From: Ignavibacteria bacterium RIFOXYC2_FULL_35_21
GTDB lineage: Bacteria > Bacteroidota > Ignavibacteria > Kapaibacteriales > UBA2268
Direction of reading: 5' to 3'
Assembly (NCBI GenBank): GCA_001804705.1
Contig: MHAY01000005.1
Location: 11,433-75,432, forward strand
Length of the DNA: 64,000 bases
Shown here: piece after piece, positions 37,828 to 48,298 of the stretch
Position numbering within the stretch: the first letter of the stretch is position 1
Layout: each line of letters begins with the position of its first letter
The notes under the pieces: generated by a model
What the model was told of the DNA's origin: nothing
The model's database searches: none
What the model saw: only the letters and a program-made list of their open reading frames with translations
Made by a program: the position numbers and the translations under genes

Positions 37828-39600
37828 TTGAGCAAACAGGAAGATATAGAATACAAAGCGATTGACCTGAAAATCCTGAAACGGCTTCTGGTCTATCTCA
37901 AGCCATATAAGAAGTGGGTTGCGGTTTCTGTTGTTATTACGATTATCTCATCAGCACTTGCACCTGTTCTGCCTTACCTGACAAAAATCGCTGTTGATGA
38001 GTACATTGAACCGAAGAATTGGAATGGTTTGATTGGAATAATATTTGCAATTGGTGTTCTTTTACTTCTGAATGCTTTTCTGAGGTTTGTACTGACATAC
38101 CTAATGCAATGGCTCGGGCAGAAGGTTCTCTTTGATGTCCGCATGTCTGTGTTCAGGCATATTCAATCGCTGAACATGAGGTTTTACGATACTAATCCAG
38201 TAGGAAGACTCGTTACACGTGTTACAAATGATGTTGAAGGATTGAATGAACTTTTCTCCCAGGGTGTGGTGATGATTGCTGCAGACATCATGCTTATATT
38301 CTGGATAATTGGTTTTATGTTCTACACCAACTGGGAACTCAGCCTTCTGACCTTATCAATAGTACCAATACTGTTATTATCAACAGTTATTTTCAGAAAA
38401 AGAGTGAGAGTGCTGTTCCGTGACATCAGGCTCAGAGTAGCTGAAATGAATACTTTTTTGAATGAGTTCGTTTCAGGAATTAATACCGTGAAGGTTTTTA
38501 CACAGGAAGAAAATCAGAATAAAAAGTTTGACAGTATAAATGCAAAACATAAAGAGCTTTGGGTCAGGACAGTATTTTATTATGCGATATTCTTTCCGAC
38601 AGTCGAAATGCTCAGTGCTATTGCACTCGGAATTGTGTTATGGTATGCCGCCGGAAATATACTTTCGGGAATAATGACTGTGGGTATTTTGATAGCATTC
38701 ACACAATATGCAGAAATGTTTTTCAGGCCTATAAGAGACCTGACCGAGAAGTTCACAACATTACAGAGCGCTATGGCATCGGCAGAGCGAATACTCAGTA
38801 TCCTCGATACAAAAGACATAGCTGATGATAAGCCGGATGCAAAAGATATGCTGGGATTTCATAAGGCAATTGAATTTAAGAATGTGTCATTCAGTTACGA
38901 TTCTGCAAAATGGGTTTTGAAGGATGTAACTTTCACAGTCAATAAAGGCGAGACTGTCGCAATAGTGGGAGCCACTGGGGCAGGGAAGACTTCGATAATA
39001 AATTTGCTTTGCAGGTTCTATGATTACAATGAAGGTGAGATTCTCATTGATGAAACAGATATTAGGAACTTAAATCAAAATTCGCTGAGGGAACATTTTG
39101 CTTTGGTGATGCAGGATGTATATTTATTTTCAAGAACGCTCGCTGAAAATATTTCACTTGGTAAGGAACATGTTAGTGATGAAGATATACGAAGAGCTGC
39201 ATCAGCACTCGGTGCCGCAGAATTTATCGAAAGGCTTACATCGGGATACGATACCGAAATGATAGACAGAGGCTCGGCACTTTCGGCAGGGCAGAGGCAG
39301 TTAATAGCCTTTTGCAGAGCTTATGCTATGAATCCCGAAATTTTGATTTTAGATGAGGCAACATCAAATATTGATTCCGAAACTGAAAGAATAATTGAAC
39401 AATCACTCGAAAAACTTTTGGAGAATAGAACATCAATTATCATTGCACACCGCCTGTCAACAATCCGCAGAGCGGATAAAATCATCGTTCTGCATAAAGG
39501 TACAATCAGGGAAATCGGAACACACAGAGAATTGTTAGCATTAAATGGAATCTATGCAAGACTGTACCAATTGCAGTTTAAAGAGCAAATTGCGGCGTGA
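37828..39600 (+). CDS. ABC exporter, fused permease/ATPase (MsbA-like); TTG start
   Basis: Six-TM N-terminal domain; Walker A GATGAGKTS, signature LSAGQRQ, Walker B ILILDEATSNID. Confidence 0.88.
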   Translation: MSKQEDIEYKAIDLKILKRLLVYLKPYKKWVAVSVVITIISSALAPVLPYLTKIAVDEYIEPKNWNGLIGIIFAIGVLLLLNAFLRFVLTYLMQWLGQKVLFDVRMSVFRHIQSLNMRFYDTNPVGRLVTRVTNDVEGLNELFSQGVVMIAADIMLIFWIIGFMFYTNWELSLLTLSIVPILLLSTVIFRKRVRVLFRDIRLRVAEMNTFLNEFVSGINTVKVFTQEENQNKKFDSINAKHKELWVRTVFYYAIFFPTVEMLSAIALGIVLWYAAGNILSGIMTVGILIAFTQYAEMFFRPIRDLTEKFTTLQSAMASAERILSILDTKDIADDKPDAKDMLGFHKAIEFKNVSFSYDSAKWVLKDVTFTVNKGETVAIVGATGAGKTSIINLLCRFYDYNEGEILIDETDIRNLNQNSLREHFALVMQDVYLFSRTLAENISLGKEHVSDEDIRRAASALGAAEFIERLTSGYDTEMIDRGSALSAGQRQLIAFCRAYAMNPEILILDEATSNIDSETERIIEQSLEKLLENRTSIIIAHRLSTIRRADKIIVLHKGTIREIGTHRELLALNGIYARLYQLQFKEQIAA

Positions 39601-39668
39601 GTATAATGAATTTTGAATGTTAGATGTTGAATTTTGAATTGAAAATAGTAGGCATAAAGAGAGATTAT

Positions 39669-39935
39669 TTATGCAGTGATTTTAAATTGGGATAAATCTT
39701 TCATTAAATCTTGAACCGAACCATGTTTTACATTACCAGCATTATAGTTTACTTCAGCTTCACGAACTGCATTAATAAGTTTCTCTCTCTTACTTTGATT
39801 AACCTGCTTTTGAAAAATATCAACGAGATACTCCTGGGATTCAATATCAAGAGTAGAAAAATCCTCAACTATTGTATTAATATCGTTTTTATTCATAATA
39901 TTTCCTTTTTTATTCAGAAAACGATAAGATATCAT
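39669..39935 (-). CDS. Small addiction-module-antitoxin-like protein; the real start is probably the internal Met 13 codons in (MNKNDINT...)
   Basis: About 75-aa acidic helical protein ending ...GNVKHGSVQDLMKDL, reminiscent of DUF2281/antitoxin-component families; no partner toxin gene adjacent. Confidence 0.35.
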   Translation of the reverse strand: MISYRFLNKKGNIMNKNDINTIVEDFSTLDIESQEYLVDIFQKQVNQSKREKLINAVREAEVNYNAGNVKHGSVQDLMKDLSQFKITA

Positions 39936-40000
39936 TATTATTTTTTTTACTAGAAATAACCAATATAATAACTTAAAAAAAAAGAATTAATATTAGCAGA

Positions 40001-42181
40001 TTAAAGCATCCCGGCTCTTTTTCTGAGGAACCATTCAATAGCAAAACACAGGATTGAAATGATTAAAAGTAGTGGATAATTCCAGAGAGCCGATTCATTG
40101 CGGATTGTTACACTTTTAGGTGCAAAATTTCTAAGTTTTTCCAAATCATTTAGGAATGATGTTGCATCGTTAGTGAGATAGAATTTTCCTCCCGTTCTTT
40201 CGGAGATTGTTCGTAGTAAAGAGGAATTCATTCTCAAATCCTGAAATTCAAGTGCGATTTGACCGACATTGAATCTGCCTTTGTCAGAGCCAATCCTGCG
40301 GCTATTAATTTCGGCGTTTCCTGTGAAGAAGTAATCGCTTTCCGGAAGTCCTTCAAGTTTGCCCGTGTATCTTCCGTTGCCAATCGAAGTCAGTGTCAAA
40401 TCCCGTTCCTGATTTCCACCAGCAACTTTAACTTGTACATTTGCATTTTCAATAGGTGTATAGGCGGCATCATAGATTTGTCCTATGAACTCGACTGTTT
40501 CATTGTTAGTATAAAGTTTTTTTGTTGTTCTGATTATTACCTGTTTGTTATCCTGCGGGGTTGATAGCCATTTCCTACTGTTCGCCATGATTATATCGAA
40601 CAAATCAGGTGTCTCTGTTCTTCCTTTCGAAACTTCTGAAGCATAGCCAAGCAGTTTCCATCTGAATAATCCGTAGCATAAAAATGCAATTGTTTTTTTA
40701 TTTCCGAAGGAACGGGTAAGTATGAGCGGTTCTTTTAAGGGTGCATTATTTACCTTCAATCCTGAAACGATTTCACTTTCAGGTTTGACTTTCACAAAAG
40801 TTTCAGTCCGAAAAACCGGAGGGAGCTGATTCCACAGGTCAATATCGCTGTCCTTGCCTGTTACTCTGAGCAGGGGATTAGAGGCATACTCAGGTTTTAC
40901 ATCAGGTACTGCAAGAAATTCCTGCGGCTTGGATGAAATTGTTGTGAATGGGAGATAATCCTCAATCGCTTTCAGTTTATTATAATCCAAATATTGCGAA
41001 GCTACGAATAAAAGAGGTTTACCTCTTTCAAGTTCTTTCTTGATTATTTGCATAACATTCGGAGGTGTCTCTGTGATAGGAAATCCGATTAGGACGAGCA
41101 TCTCAGCGTCCTTAAGGTCAGCTTCAGATGGCTGTCTGTCATAAAATTCAGAGCCTTTCTTTTGAATAAATGAAACAATCTCAACACCCTTTTCGGAAAG
41201 GAATGAATTTTTTACAAAGGAAAAATCAGGATTAATCGAACCTGCAAAAATTGCGATTTTTCTTTTATTCTTCAATACATTTACAAACTCATTAGCTGAA
41301 TTGTTTTTTGTGGTTATCTCATTTTTTAGAGAGCTAATACTGGCAGTGAGTTTTCTGATTCCCTCTTGCTTCGGCGAATATTCGAAGACTGCAGTGAAAG
41401 ATTTTCTATCAGGATTTACAGAAAATTTTTGTTCAGCAATTTGAACACCATTATCGAGAAGTTTAAGTGTTAGCACACCTTCATTATAGCCGCTGACTTT
41501 TACGTTGATATTTACCGGCACAGGATTATTGATATAAATATTCTCATTTGTGATGATTGACTGAAGAGAGACATCACGCGGTTCGGATGAGTCACCAATG
41601 CCAATTGTGAAAACCGGCTTACCGAAAAACTCTGCATCGTAAATCGGATTATTTCCTGTATTGAAAGCACCGTCAGTTATTAATAGGACTGCCTGGATAT
41701 TTTCTTTTTCTGCAATTGATGAGACCCATTTCAATGCCTTTGCAATATCTGTCATCTGTCCATTGAAATTAATTTCCTTAAATGTAAATTCTTCTGGTGA
41801 GTATATATCACTGCTGAACAGGGTAGTTTTCAATTTGTCTTTATCAAATGAAAGAAAATTTGAATTTTCAATTGCTTTACGAAAAATAATTTTCCTGTCC
41901 CCAAGAGCATCCGATTGACTAACAGATAGTGAATTATCGAGGAGTACAGCCAGTTTCGGTGGTTCCTGAGTACCCCTGATAATTGTTAGTATTGGTTCAA
42001 ATAAAATGAATAATAAAAGTGAAAGACCTACAGACCTTAATGCAATTAATACAATTTTTCTTGCAGAACTGATTGGAGGAACTGTCGTACGATAAGAAAA
42101 AATCGAAAATGTAACAGCAATTAAAATTAATAAAACTGTAAGCCACCAGGGACCGGTAATTCCAAGATAATATGAGTTCAT
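40001..42181 (-). CDS. Membrane-anchored von Willebrand factor A (VWA) domain protein (BatA-like)
   Basis: N-terminal TM helices, VWA core AVLLITDGAFNTG ... TIGIGDSS, C-terminal TM helix; 726 aa. Confidence 0.65.
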   Translation of the reverse strand: MNSYYLGITGPWWLTVLLILIAVTFSIFSYRTTVPPISSARKIVLIALRSVGLSLLLFILFEPILTIIRGTQEPPKLAVLLDNSLSVSQSDALGDRKIIFRKAIENSNFLSFDKDKLKTTLFSSDIYSPEEFTFKEINFNGQMTDIAKALKWVSSIAEKENIQAVLLITDGAFNTGNNPIYDAEFFGKPVFTIGIGDSSEPRDVSLQSIITNENIYINNPVPVNINVKVSGYNEGVLTLKLLDNGVQIAEQKFSVNPDRKSFTAVFEYSPKQEGIRKLTASISSLKNEITTKNNSANEFVNVLKNKRKIAIFAGSINPDFSFVKNSFLSEKGVEIVSFIQKKGSEFYDRQPSEADLKDAEMLVLIGFPITETPPNVMQIIKKELERGKPLLFVASQYLDYNKLKAIEDYLPFTTISSKPQEFLAVPDVKPEYASNPLLRVTGKDSDIDLWNQLPPVFRTETFVKVKPESEIVSGLKVNNAPLKEPLILTRSFGNKKTIAFLCYGLFRWKLLGYASEVSKGRTETPDLFDIIMANSRKWLSTPQDNKQVIIRTTKKLYTNNETVEFIGQIYDAAYTPIENANVQVKVAGGNQERDLTLTSIGNGRYTGKLEGLPESDYFFTGNAEINSRRIGSDKGRFNVGQIALEFQDLRMNSSLLRTISERTGGKFYLTNDATSFLNDLEKLRNFAPKSVTIRNESALWNYPLLLIISILCFAIEWFLRKRAGML

Positions 42182-42189
42182 ATTTTGTT

Positions 42190-42900
42190 TTAATTCATTG
42201 GTATTTCAATTATGAGCAATTCTGTTTTTTCGACAGCCTTAAATTTTAATTCGGTTATATCATAAATCGAGATTGAATCACGCTTATCAAGAATTTCACC
42301 GGCAGTTTCAATTTTGCCTTTTGTGAGCATAACAAAAATACCGTTATCTGTATTCTTTAAATTATATTCTATTTCTAAGTTGCCTTCTAAGTCTGCTAAA
42401 CTGATGTATGCATCCTGATTAATCCATAATGTATGTTCCGATTTTTCTGGAGATACAAGTAATTGAAATTTATTTTTTCTCTGTGAAGTATCGAACAATT
42501 TTTGGTCATATATTGGCTTAATATCTTTTTCCTTCGGGAAAATCCAAATCTGGAAAAGAGAAACAGGTTCTATTTCGGAATTGTTGAACTCAGAATGCCA
42601 AATGCCGGAACCGGCTGACATAATCTGTACCTCACCCGGTTTTATTGTTTGAGTATGTTCTTCACTATCGGTATGTCGCAATTCGCCGGATAGTGGAATC
42701 GTAATGATTTCCATATTATCATGGGGATGTAAACCGAAACCTGTACCCGGTGCAACGGTATCATCATTCAGGACTCTTAATTTTCCGAAATGAATTCTTT
42801 TATCATCGTAATACCCGGAAAAGCTGAAAGTATGGTATGTTTTGAGCCACCCATAATCAAAATATCCCCTTGTATTACTTCTATATATTTCTTTTTTCAT
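42190..42900 (-). CDS. Pirin-family cupin protein
   Basis: HPHDNMEIITIPLSGELRH metal-binding His motif and two-cupin length (236 aa). Confidence 0.85.
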   Translation of the reverse strand: MKKEIYRSNTRGYFDYGWLKTYHTFSFSGYYDDKRIHFGKLRVLNDDTVAPGTGFGLHPHDNMEIITIPLSGELRHTDSEEHTQTIKPGEVQIMSAGSGIWHSEFNNSEIEPVSLFQIWIFPKEKDIKPIYDQKLFDTSQRKNKFQLLVSPEKSEHTLWINQDAYISLADLEGNLEIEYNLKNTDNGIFVMLTKGKIETAGEILDKRDSISIYDITELKFKAVEKTELLIIEIPMN

Positions 42901-43038
42901 AGTTTTCTTTGTGAAGCGTTAATAAATCTGAACGAATAACGATTAAGCGGATTAAAGATTTTTATTTAGATAATTGGCAATAAGAAGCGGAATGAGTTTT
43001 CACAAGTGAAAAAAAATGATTAAATTGCATATTCATTT

Positions 43039-43112
43039 CGGGGTGTAGCTCAGCCCGGTAGAGTACTACGTTCGGGACGTAGGAGCCGGAGGTTCGAATC
43101 CTCTCACCCCGA
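43039..43112 (+). tRNA. tRNA-Pro (anticodon CGG)
   Basis: Cloverleaf folded by hand: acceptor CGGGGTG/CACCCCG, D-arm GCTC/GAGT, anticodon stem CTACG/CGTAG with loop TTCGGGA, T-arm GGAGG-TTCGAAT-CCTCT, discriminator A; no encoded CCA. Confidence 0.85.
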
Positions 43113-43482
43113 CAAATAGAAAATTTTATATTGATGTATTTTCTTATTTTATAAATAGCTACAAGATTTAAAATTAATATCGCTTAGCAGAATATTTAAC
43201 ATTTTTAACTTTTAATTTAAATTGTAATAAGCAAACTATAATACATAAGCTTTCAAATATATTTTAGAAATTATATAATTATACAAGATATTGATTGCTT
43301 ACATTGTTAATCCTTCCCCTTGATTTTATTCATTTTTTTATTTAATTTAAATATATTGCTTAATGATTTAATATTTAATACTCATTTATTGAAGATAAAT
43401 ATTATTAGTTGTAGAATTTAAATAAGAAAAAATGATAATATTTAAATAATCAGATTATAAAATAAATTACTTCTTCTTTAAA

Positions 43483-43941
43483 ATGGGAAATACAACCAAT
43501 CTTATTGTATTCCGTATAGACGAATTGCGTTTTGCTGTATCTCTGGAAAAAGTATTAAAGGTAATTGCTGTTGTTGAGATTACACCATTACCCGAGGCAC
43601 CGATTTTTATCAGGGGTATAATAAATATGGAAGGCAGAATAATACCTGTAGCCGACCTCAGAATGCGAGTCGGAATTGCCGAAAAAACCATTCGACTAAC
43701 CGACCAGATTATTGTGGCATCCACTCCAAACAGGTTTATCGGTTTACTTGTTGATTCGACAGAGGGCATCAAAAGTTTTTTAGAGTCTGAGATAATCCCT
43801 TATGGCGAAGTTATGCCTTCTCTAAAGCATATAAATGGAATTGCCAAAATAACAGGTGATATTATATATATAACAAATTTGGATGAGTTTTTATCTCTCG
43901 AAGAAGAAATCATTTTGGATAATGCTTTAAAAAGTGTGTAA
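43483..43941 (+). CDS. cheW: CheW-like coupling protein
   Basis: Single CheW domain (FAVSLEKVLKVIAVVEITPLPEAPIFIRGIINMEGRIIPVADL); first gene of the Che cluster. Confidence 0.75.
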   Translation: MGNTTNLIVFRIDELRFAVSLEKVLKVIAVVEITPLPEAPIFIRGIINMEGRIIPVADLRMRVGIAEKTIRLTDQIIVASTPNRFIGLLVDSTEGIKSFLESEIIPYGEVMPSLKHINGIAKITGDIIYITNLDEFLSLEEEIILDNALKSV

Positions 43942-44094
43942 ACAAATAAATCCAAATTATCCAATAAATATGAAATTTTTTTTTGTATATGATGAACAGG
44001 ATTGTTATTCTCAGGAGTGAAACGAAGAAGAATCTAAAAAATCCCATTTAATCCCTCTTTGAGAAAAGAGGGAAAGATTTTTACTTCGTTCGGA

Positions 44095-45678
44095 ATGACG
44101 AAAAAAATAATTTACTTTAATTATTATCCATTTGGTATGAAACATATTCAGGAAAATAGTGCATATCAGCTTAGCGGGTTAATTTCCGCTAAATTTGGAT
44201 TGAATTTTCCGAAGGAACGGTTCAGAGACCTTGAGAATGGGTTGAACAAGGCAAAGAAAGATTTTGGTTTTGATGACCTCGTTCAATTCGTTGACTGGCT
44301 TCTTGGAATCGAATTAACATCCGCTCAAATTGAACAACTCGCATCTCATTTCACAATTGGCGAAACTTATTTTTTCAGAGATATAAAATATTTCAATGCA
44401 ATTGAAAAAATATTAAAGGAGGAATTAATACCCCAAAAATCAAACCTGGATAAAAGGCTCAGAATCTGGTCTGCCGGCTGTTCAACGGGTGAAGAACCTT
44501 ATTCGATTGCAATTATGGCAAATCGAATACTTGCTGACTTAAAAGACTGGAACATTACAATCGTCGGAACAGACATAAACACCAAATCTCTAAAGAAGGC
44601 TCAAGGTGGCATATATAAAGAGTGGTCATTTCGTAACCCGCCTGACTGGCTGAAAGCCGATTATTTTACGGAGTCTTCAAAAGGCAGTTATCAAATCAAT
44701 CAGAGCATTAAAGATATGTTAACTTTCCAATACCACAATCTTGCCATTGACCCATACCCTTCCTTAATTAATAATCTTTTTGCATTTGATATTATTTTCT
44801 GCAGAAATGTTATGATGTATTTCACGCAGGATTTAATGTCAATTGTAATCGAAAAATTTTATCATTCACTAAATGATTCAGGATTGCTCATAGTCAGTCC
44901 TAGCGAAGCCTCCCATATTCTATTCGGAGCTTATGAAACTCTGTATTATCCGGATGTTATCTTGTATAAAAAAATTAGAACTGATTATATTCCTGAGAAA
45001 TTGCATCAAATAGACAAAGAAAATTATTTTCATTTAGATAAAGAAATTGCCGATTATGATTTATTCCCGGTACAAAAAAAGTCAAAGAAAGTAAATAATG
45101 CCCCTAAGAAAATTCCCCAAGAGATTGAAAAGAAGGTTTATAAAAGAATTGATATTTCATTTTCGCAAACAGCAGAACCGATGGAGAATGCAATGAATCT
45201 ATTTAAAAGTGGGCATTATGACGAAGCAGAAAAATTATTAAAATCAATTCTTTCATCGGATAAAAAAAATACCGGAGCAATGTCTTTGCTTTCTAATATT
45301 TACGGTAACAGGGGTTTAACCGAAGAAGCCAACACCTGGTCGCAAAAAGCAATTGATGCAGATAAACTGAATCCTGAACCTTATTATTTACAGGCAATGC
45401 TCCTTCAGGAAACCGGAAAAACGGAAGAAGCTGCCGCCCGGCTCAAAAAGGTTCTGTATCTCGATTCAAAGTCTGTTCTTGCACATTTCGGGCTTGGGAA
45501 TTTACTTTTTAAACAAGGGAAAATTTCAGAATCAAACAGGCATTTTAAAAATGTTAGTAAATTACTTTGTGATTACGATGATAATGAAATAATTGGTGAA
45601 TCTGACGGCATTACAGCCGGAAGATTTAAAGAAATAATAAATAAAATAATTGAAAAGAATTATGAACGGGTTCATTAA
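44095..45678 (+). CDS. cheR: CheR-type MCP methyltransferase with C-terminal TPR repeats; start uncertain (ORF track uses TTG at 44059; ATGs at 44095 and 44137)
   Basis: CheR SAM-binding motif RIWSAGCSTGEEPYSIAIM, FDIIFCRNVMMYF; C-terminal TPR-like helices (AMSLLSNIYGNRGLTEEANTWSQKAIDAD...). Confidence 0.8.
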   Translation: MTKKIIYFNYYPFGMKHIQENSAYQLSGLISAKFGLNFPKERFRDLENGLNKAKKDFGFDDLVQFVDWLLGIELTSAQIEQLASHFTIGETYFFRDIKYFNAIEKILKEELIPQKSNLDKRLRIWSAGCSTGEEPYSIAIMANRILADLKDWNITIVGTDINTKSLKKAQGGIYKEWSFRNPPDWLKADYFTESSKGSYQINQSIKDMLTFQYHNLAIDPYPSLINNLFAFDIIFCRNVMMYFTQDLMSIVIEKFYHSLNDSGLLIVSPSEASHILFGAYETLYYPDVILYKKIRTDYIPEKLHQIDKENYFHLDKEIADYDLFPVQKKSKKVNNAPKKIPQEIEKKVYKRIDISFSQTAEPMENAMNLFKSGHYDEAEKLLKSILSSDKKNTGAMSLLSNIYGNRGLTEEANTWSQKAIDADKLNPEPYYLQAMLLQETGKTEEAAARLKKVLYLDSKSVLAHFGLGNLLFKQGKISESNRHFKNVSKLLCDYDDNEIIGESDGITAGRFKEIINKIIEKNYERVH

Positions 45679-46283
45679 TGACTAAATCATCTTCAAAAAG
45701 TTTTGACTGGGATAAAGTAAAAGATGTTGTACTAAGGGCAGAAAATCTCAGTAAAGGGTTTGCTGACAGTACAACCGTTAAAAGTGTATTGAAACAAAGG
45801 GCGGCTTTACTCGCTAAAGAGCCAAGAGTAGTAATGGACATTGAACAGCTTGACATTATCGAGTTTCAATTATCGAATGAGGTCTATGCTTTTGAACTCT
45901 GCTACGTAAAAGAGGTTTATCCATTAAAGGAATTTACACCTGTGCCTTGTACGCCTGCATTAATTGTCGGTATCGTAAATGTCCGGGGCAGAGTCGTGTC
46001 TGTCGTTGATATCAGAAGATTTTTCTCGTTACCTGACAAAGGAATCAGCGATTTTAATAAAATAATAATAATTGAAAATTCCGATATGCAATTCGGTGTG
46101 CTTGCCGATTCGATTGTTGATGTCTGTCCGGTAAGAGTTGATGAATTGCAAACCGAACTGCCGCAAGCCAAAGGAATAAGCAGTGATTTTCTGAAAGGGG
46201 TTACAAAGGATGGGGTTATTATTTTAAATACAGAGAAAATTCTTACGGATAAAAGATTTGTTATCAAGGAAGAGGTTATGTGA
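45678..46283 (+). CDS. cheW: Second CheW-like coupling protein
   Basis: CheW domain (EVYAFELCYVKEVYPLKEFTPVPCTPALIVGIVNVRGRVVSVVDI); start overlaps cheR stop (ATGA). Confidence 0.75.
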   Translation: MTKSSSKSFDWDKVKDVVLRAENLSKGFADSTTVKSVLKQRAALLAKEPRVVMDIEQLDIIEFQLSNEVYAFELCYVKEVYPLKEFTPVPCTPALIVGIVNVRGRVVSVVDIRRFFSLPDKGISDFNKIIIIENSDMQFGVLADSIVDVCPVRVDELQTELPQAKGISSDFLKGVTKDGVIILNTEKILTDKRFVIKEEVM

Positions 46284-46425
46284 GTGAATAATGAATAATG
46301 AATAATGAATAATTGAGGAAAATGATTGATAGGATATTCTTCGCTAAGCACAGAATGACAAAAAGGAATAATGAGAAAAGATAATTAAATAAATTAAAAT
46401 TGTAAAACTTTTATATGGAGTTGTT

Positions 46426-48063
46426 ATGAAATGGCTGATGAATATGGGTATCCGCAACAAGCTGCTTCTCGGCTTTGGTACAATGATTGTCTTATTGCTG
46501 ATAATAGTTGTAATAGCAAATTCTGTGATGGGTGAAATGAAGGAATCACAGGACAAGATATTGCATGAAGATTTCGAGGCTGCTGTTGCTTTAAAAGATG
46601 CAAGGGCAAATCAAAATGGAACGAGAACAGACATTTTATATATGATATTAGTAAAGGACAAACAGAAACAAGATTTATATTATGATGACCTTAAAAAACG
46701 TTCTAAACAGAATGATAATAATATTAAAATAATAAGAAATTATGCAGACAACCATCTGGAAATGAAATCAATGATTACAGATTATATTAATACACGTTTA
46801 TTATACAATGAATCAAGAGATAATGAAATTATACCTTTGATTCACTCTGGCAACTATGAGGGTGCATTAAAAATAGTTATGAGTACCCAATACGAACGAG
46901 ATAATAAACTTAGAGAAATCGCAGAAGAAGCAATGGTTATTTTAGAAAATATAACAAAGAAAAATGTTGATAAATCCGACAACGATGCTGCAAATGCTAA
47001 ATTATTATTTATCATTCTTGCAATCATTTCTGTTATACTCGGGTTTGGTATTACTTTCATTTATAATAATATACTTGCAAAACCCTTGCGTGTTGTTTCG
47101 GGTGTATCCGAATCGGTAGCGGGCGGCGATTTAACAGTCAGGATTGAATCGGCTGAACGCAGGGACGAAGTAGGATTATTAAATAAATCCTTCGCAAAGA
47201 TGGTTGATTCACTGAGTGTCATTACAAAAGAAACAAACGAAGGAATAAATGTGTTGTCAACATCGGCAAGCGAGATTGCTGCCGCTTCTGCACAAGTTGC
47301 ACGAAGTGCCACAGAAACAGCAACGGCGATTTCCGAAACAAGCACTACAGTAGAAGAAGTCAAGCAAACTTCCGATTTAGTCAGCCAAAAGGCAAAATAT
47401 GTAAATGACCTTGCTGTTAAGACGTTGCAAATATCAGAAGGAGGAGCAAGGTCTGTTGAAGAAAATATAGAAGCAATGAACCTAATCAGGGAACAAATGG
47501 AAAGCGTTGCCGAAAAGATTATTCTGTTGAGCGAAAAAGGACAGGCAATCGGAGAAATAGCGGCTTCTGTTAATGATATCGCCGAGCAGGTCAATTTGTT
47601 GGCTGTGAATGCGGCTATCGAGGCGGCAAGAGCAGGCGAACAAGGCAAAGGTTTCAGCGTGGTTGCACAGGAAGTAAAAGAGCTTGCCGACCAGGCGAAA
47701 AAAGCAACTTCCCAGGTGAGGCTGATTCTTGGAGAAGTTCAGAAAGCAACAAGCTCGGCGGTAATGGCTACCGAACAAGGCAACAGGGCGGTTGAAAACG
47801 GGGTAAAGCAGGCTCTCGAAGCCGGGGAATCAATAAAAATGCTTGCCGAAAATATTTCCGAAGCACGACAGGCCGCAACCCAGGTTTCGGCTTCTACACA
47901 ACAGCAATTGGTTGGCATGGAGCAAATTGTCGTTGCCATCGAGAGCATTAAGCAGGCAAGCTCCGAAAATGTTGCCAGTACCAGGCAGGTTGAGATTTCG
48001 GCTGAAAACCTTAAAATGCTCGGAAGCAAATTAAAGGAGTTTGCAGATAGGTACAAGGTCTGA
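46426..48063 (+). CDS. Methyl-accepting chemotaxis protein (TM1, periplasmic 4HB-like sensor, TM2, HAMP, MCP signalling domain)
   Basis: Two TM helices flank a ~170-aa helical domain; HAMP (PLRVVSGVSESVAGGDLTVRIES...); conserved signalling tip EQVNLLAVNAAIEAARAGEQGKGFSVVAQEVKELA. Confidence 0.85.
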   Translation: MKWLMNMGIRNKLLLGFGTMIVLLLIIVVIANSVMGEMKESQDKILHEDFEAAVALKDARANQNGTRTDILYMILVKDKQKQDLYYDDLKKRSKQNDNNIKIIRNYADNHLEMKSMITDYINTRLLYNESRDNEIIPLIHSGNYEGALKIVMSTQYERDNKLREIAEEAMVILENITKKNVDKSDNDAANAKLLFIILAIISVILGFGITFIYNNILAKPLRVVSGVSESVAGGDLTVRIESAERRDEVGLLNKSFAKMVDSLSVITKETNEGINVLSTSASEIAAASAQVARSATETATAISETSTTVEEVKQTSDLVSQKAKYVNDLAVKTLQISEGGARSVEENIEAMNLIREQMESVAEKIILLSEKGQAIGEIAASVNDIAEQVNLLAVNAAIEAARAGEQGKGFSVVAQEVKELADQAKKATSQVRLILGEVQKATSSAVMATEQGNRAVENGVKQALEAGESIKMLAENISEARQAATQVSASTQQQLVGMEQIVVAIESIKQASSENVASTRQVEISAENLKMLGSKLKEFADRYKV

Positions 48064-48298
48064 GAATTATTAATTTTAAATTTTGAATTTTGAATTTAAA
48101 TGTAGAATGCAAAATGTAAAATGAAGGGGTAGATTCCGGATCTGCCCCGGTGAAAACGGAAATGGAAAAATAAAATGTAGGGGCAAGCCTGTGTGTCTGC
48201 CCAATTAAAAATAAAATGCAAAATGTAGAATGATAATGTAGGGGCAGGTTCTAAACCTAACCGAAAAAATTATTATTATAAAATGATTTTCAAAAATA

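Noticed and set aside
47061-48056. Antisense ORFs of 195, 98 and 105 aa inside the MCP gene (and similar ones inside cheA, the hybrid kinase, hppA and the Kelch genes)
   Set aside because: They are fully contained within well-supported genes on the opposite strand. They have low-complexity Ala/Ser-rich translations typical of the antisense frame and no independent signals.
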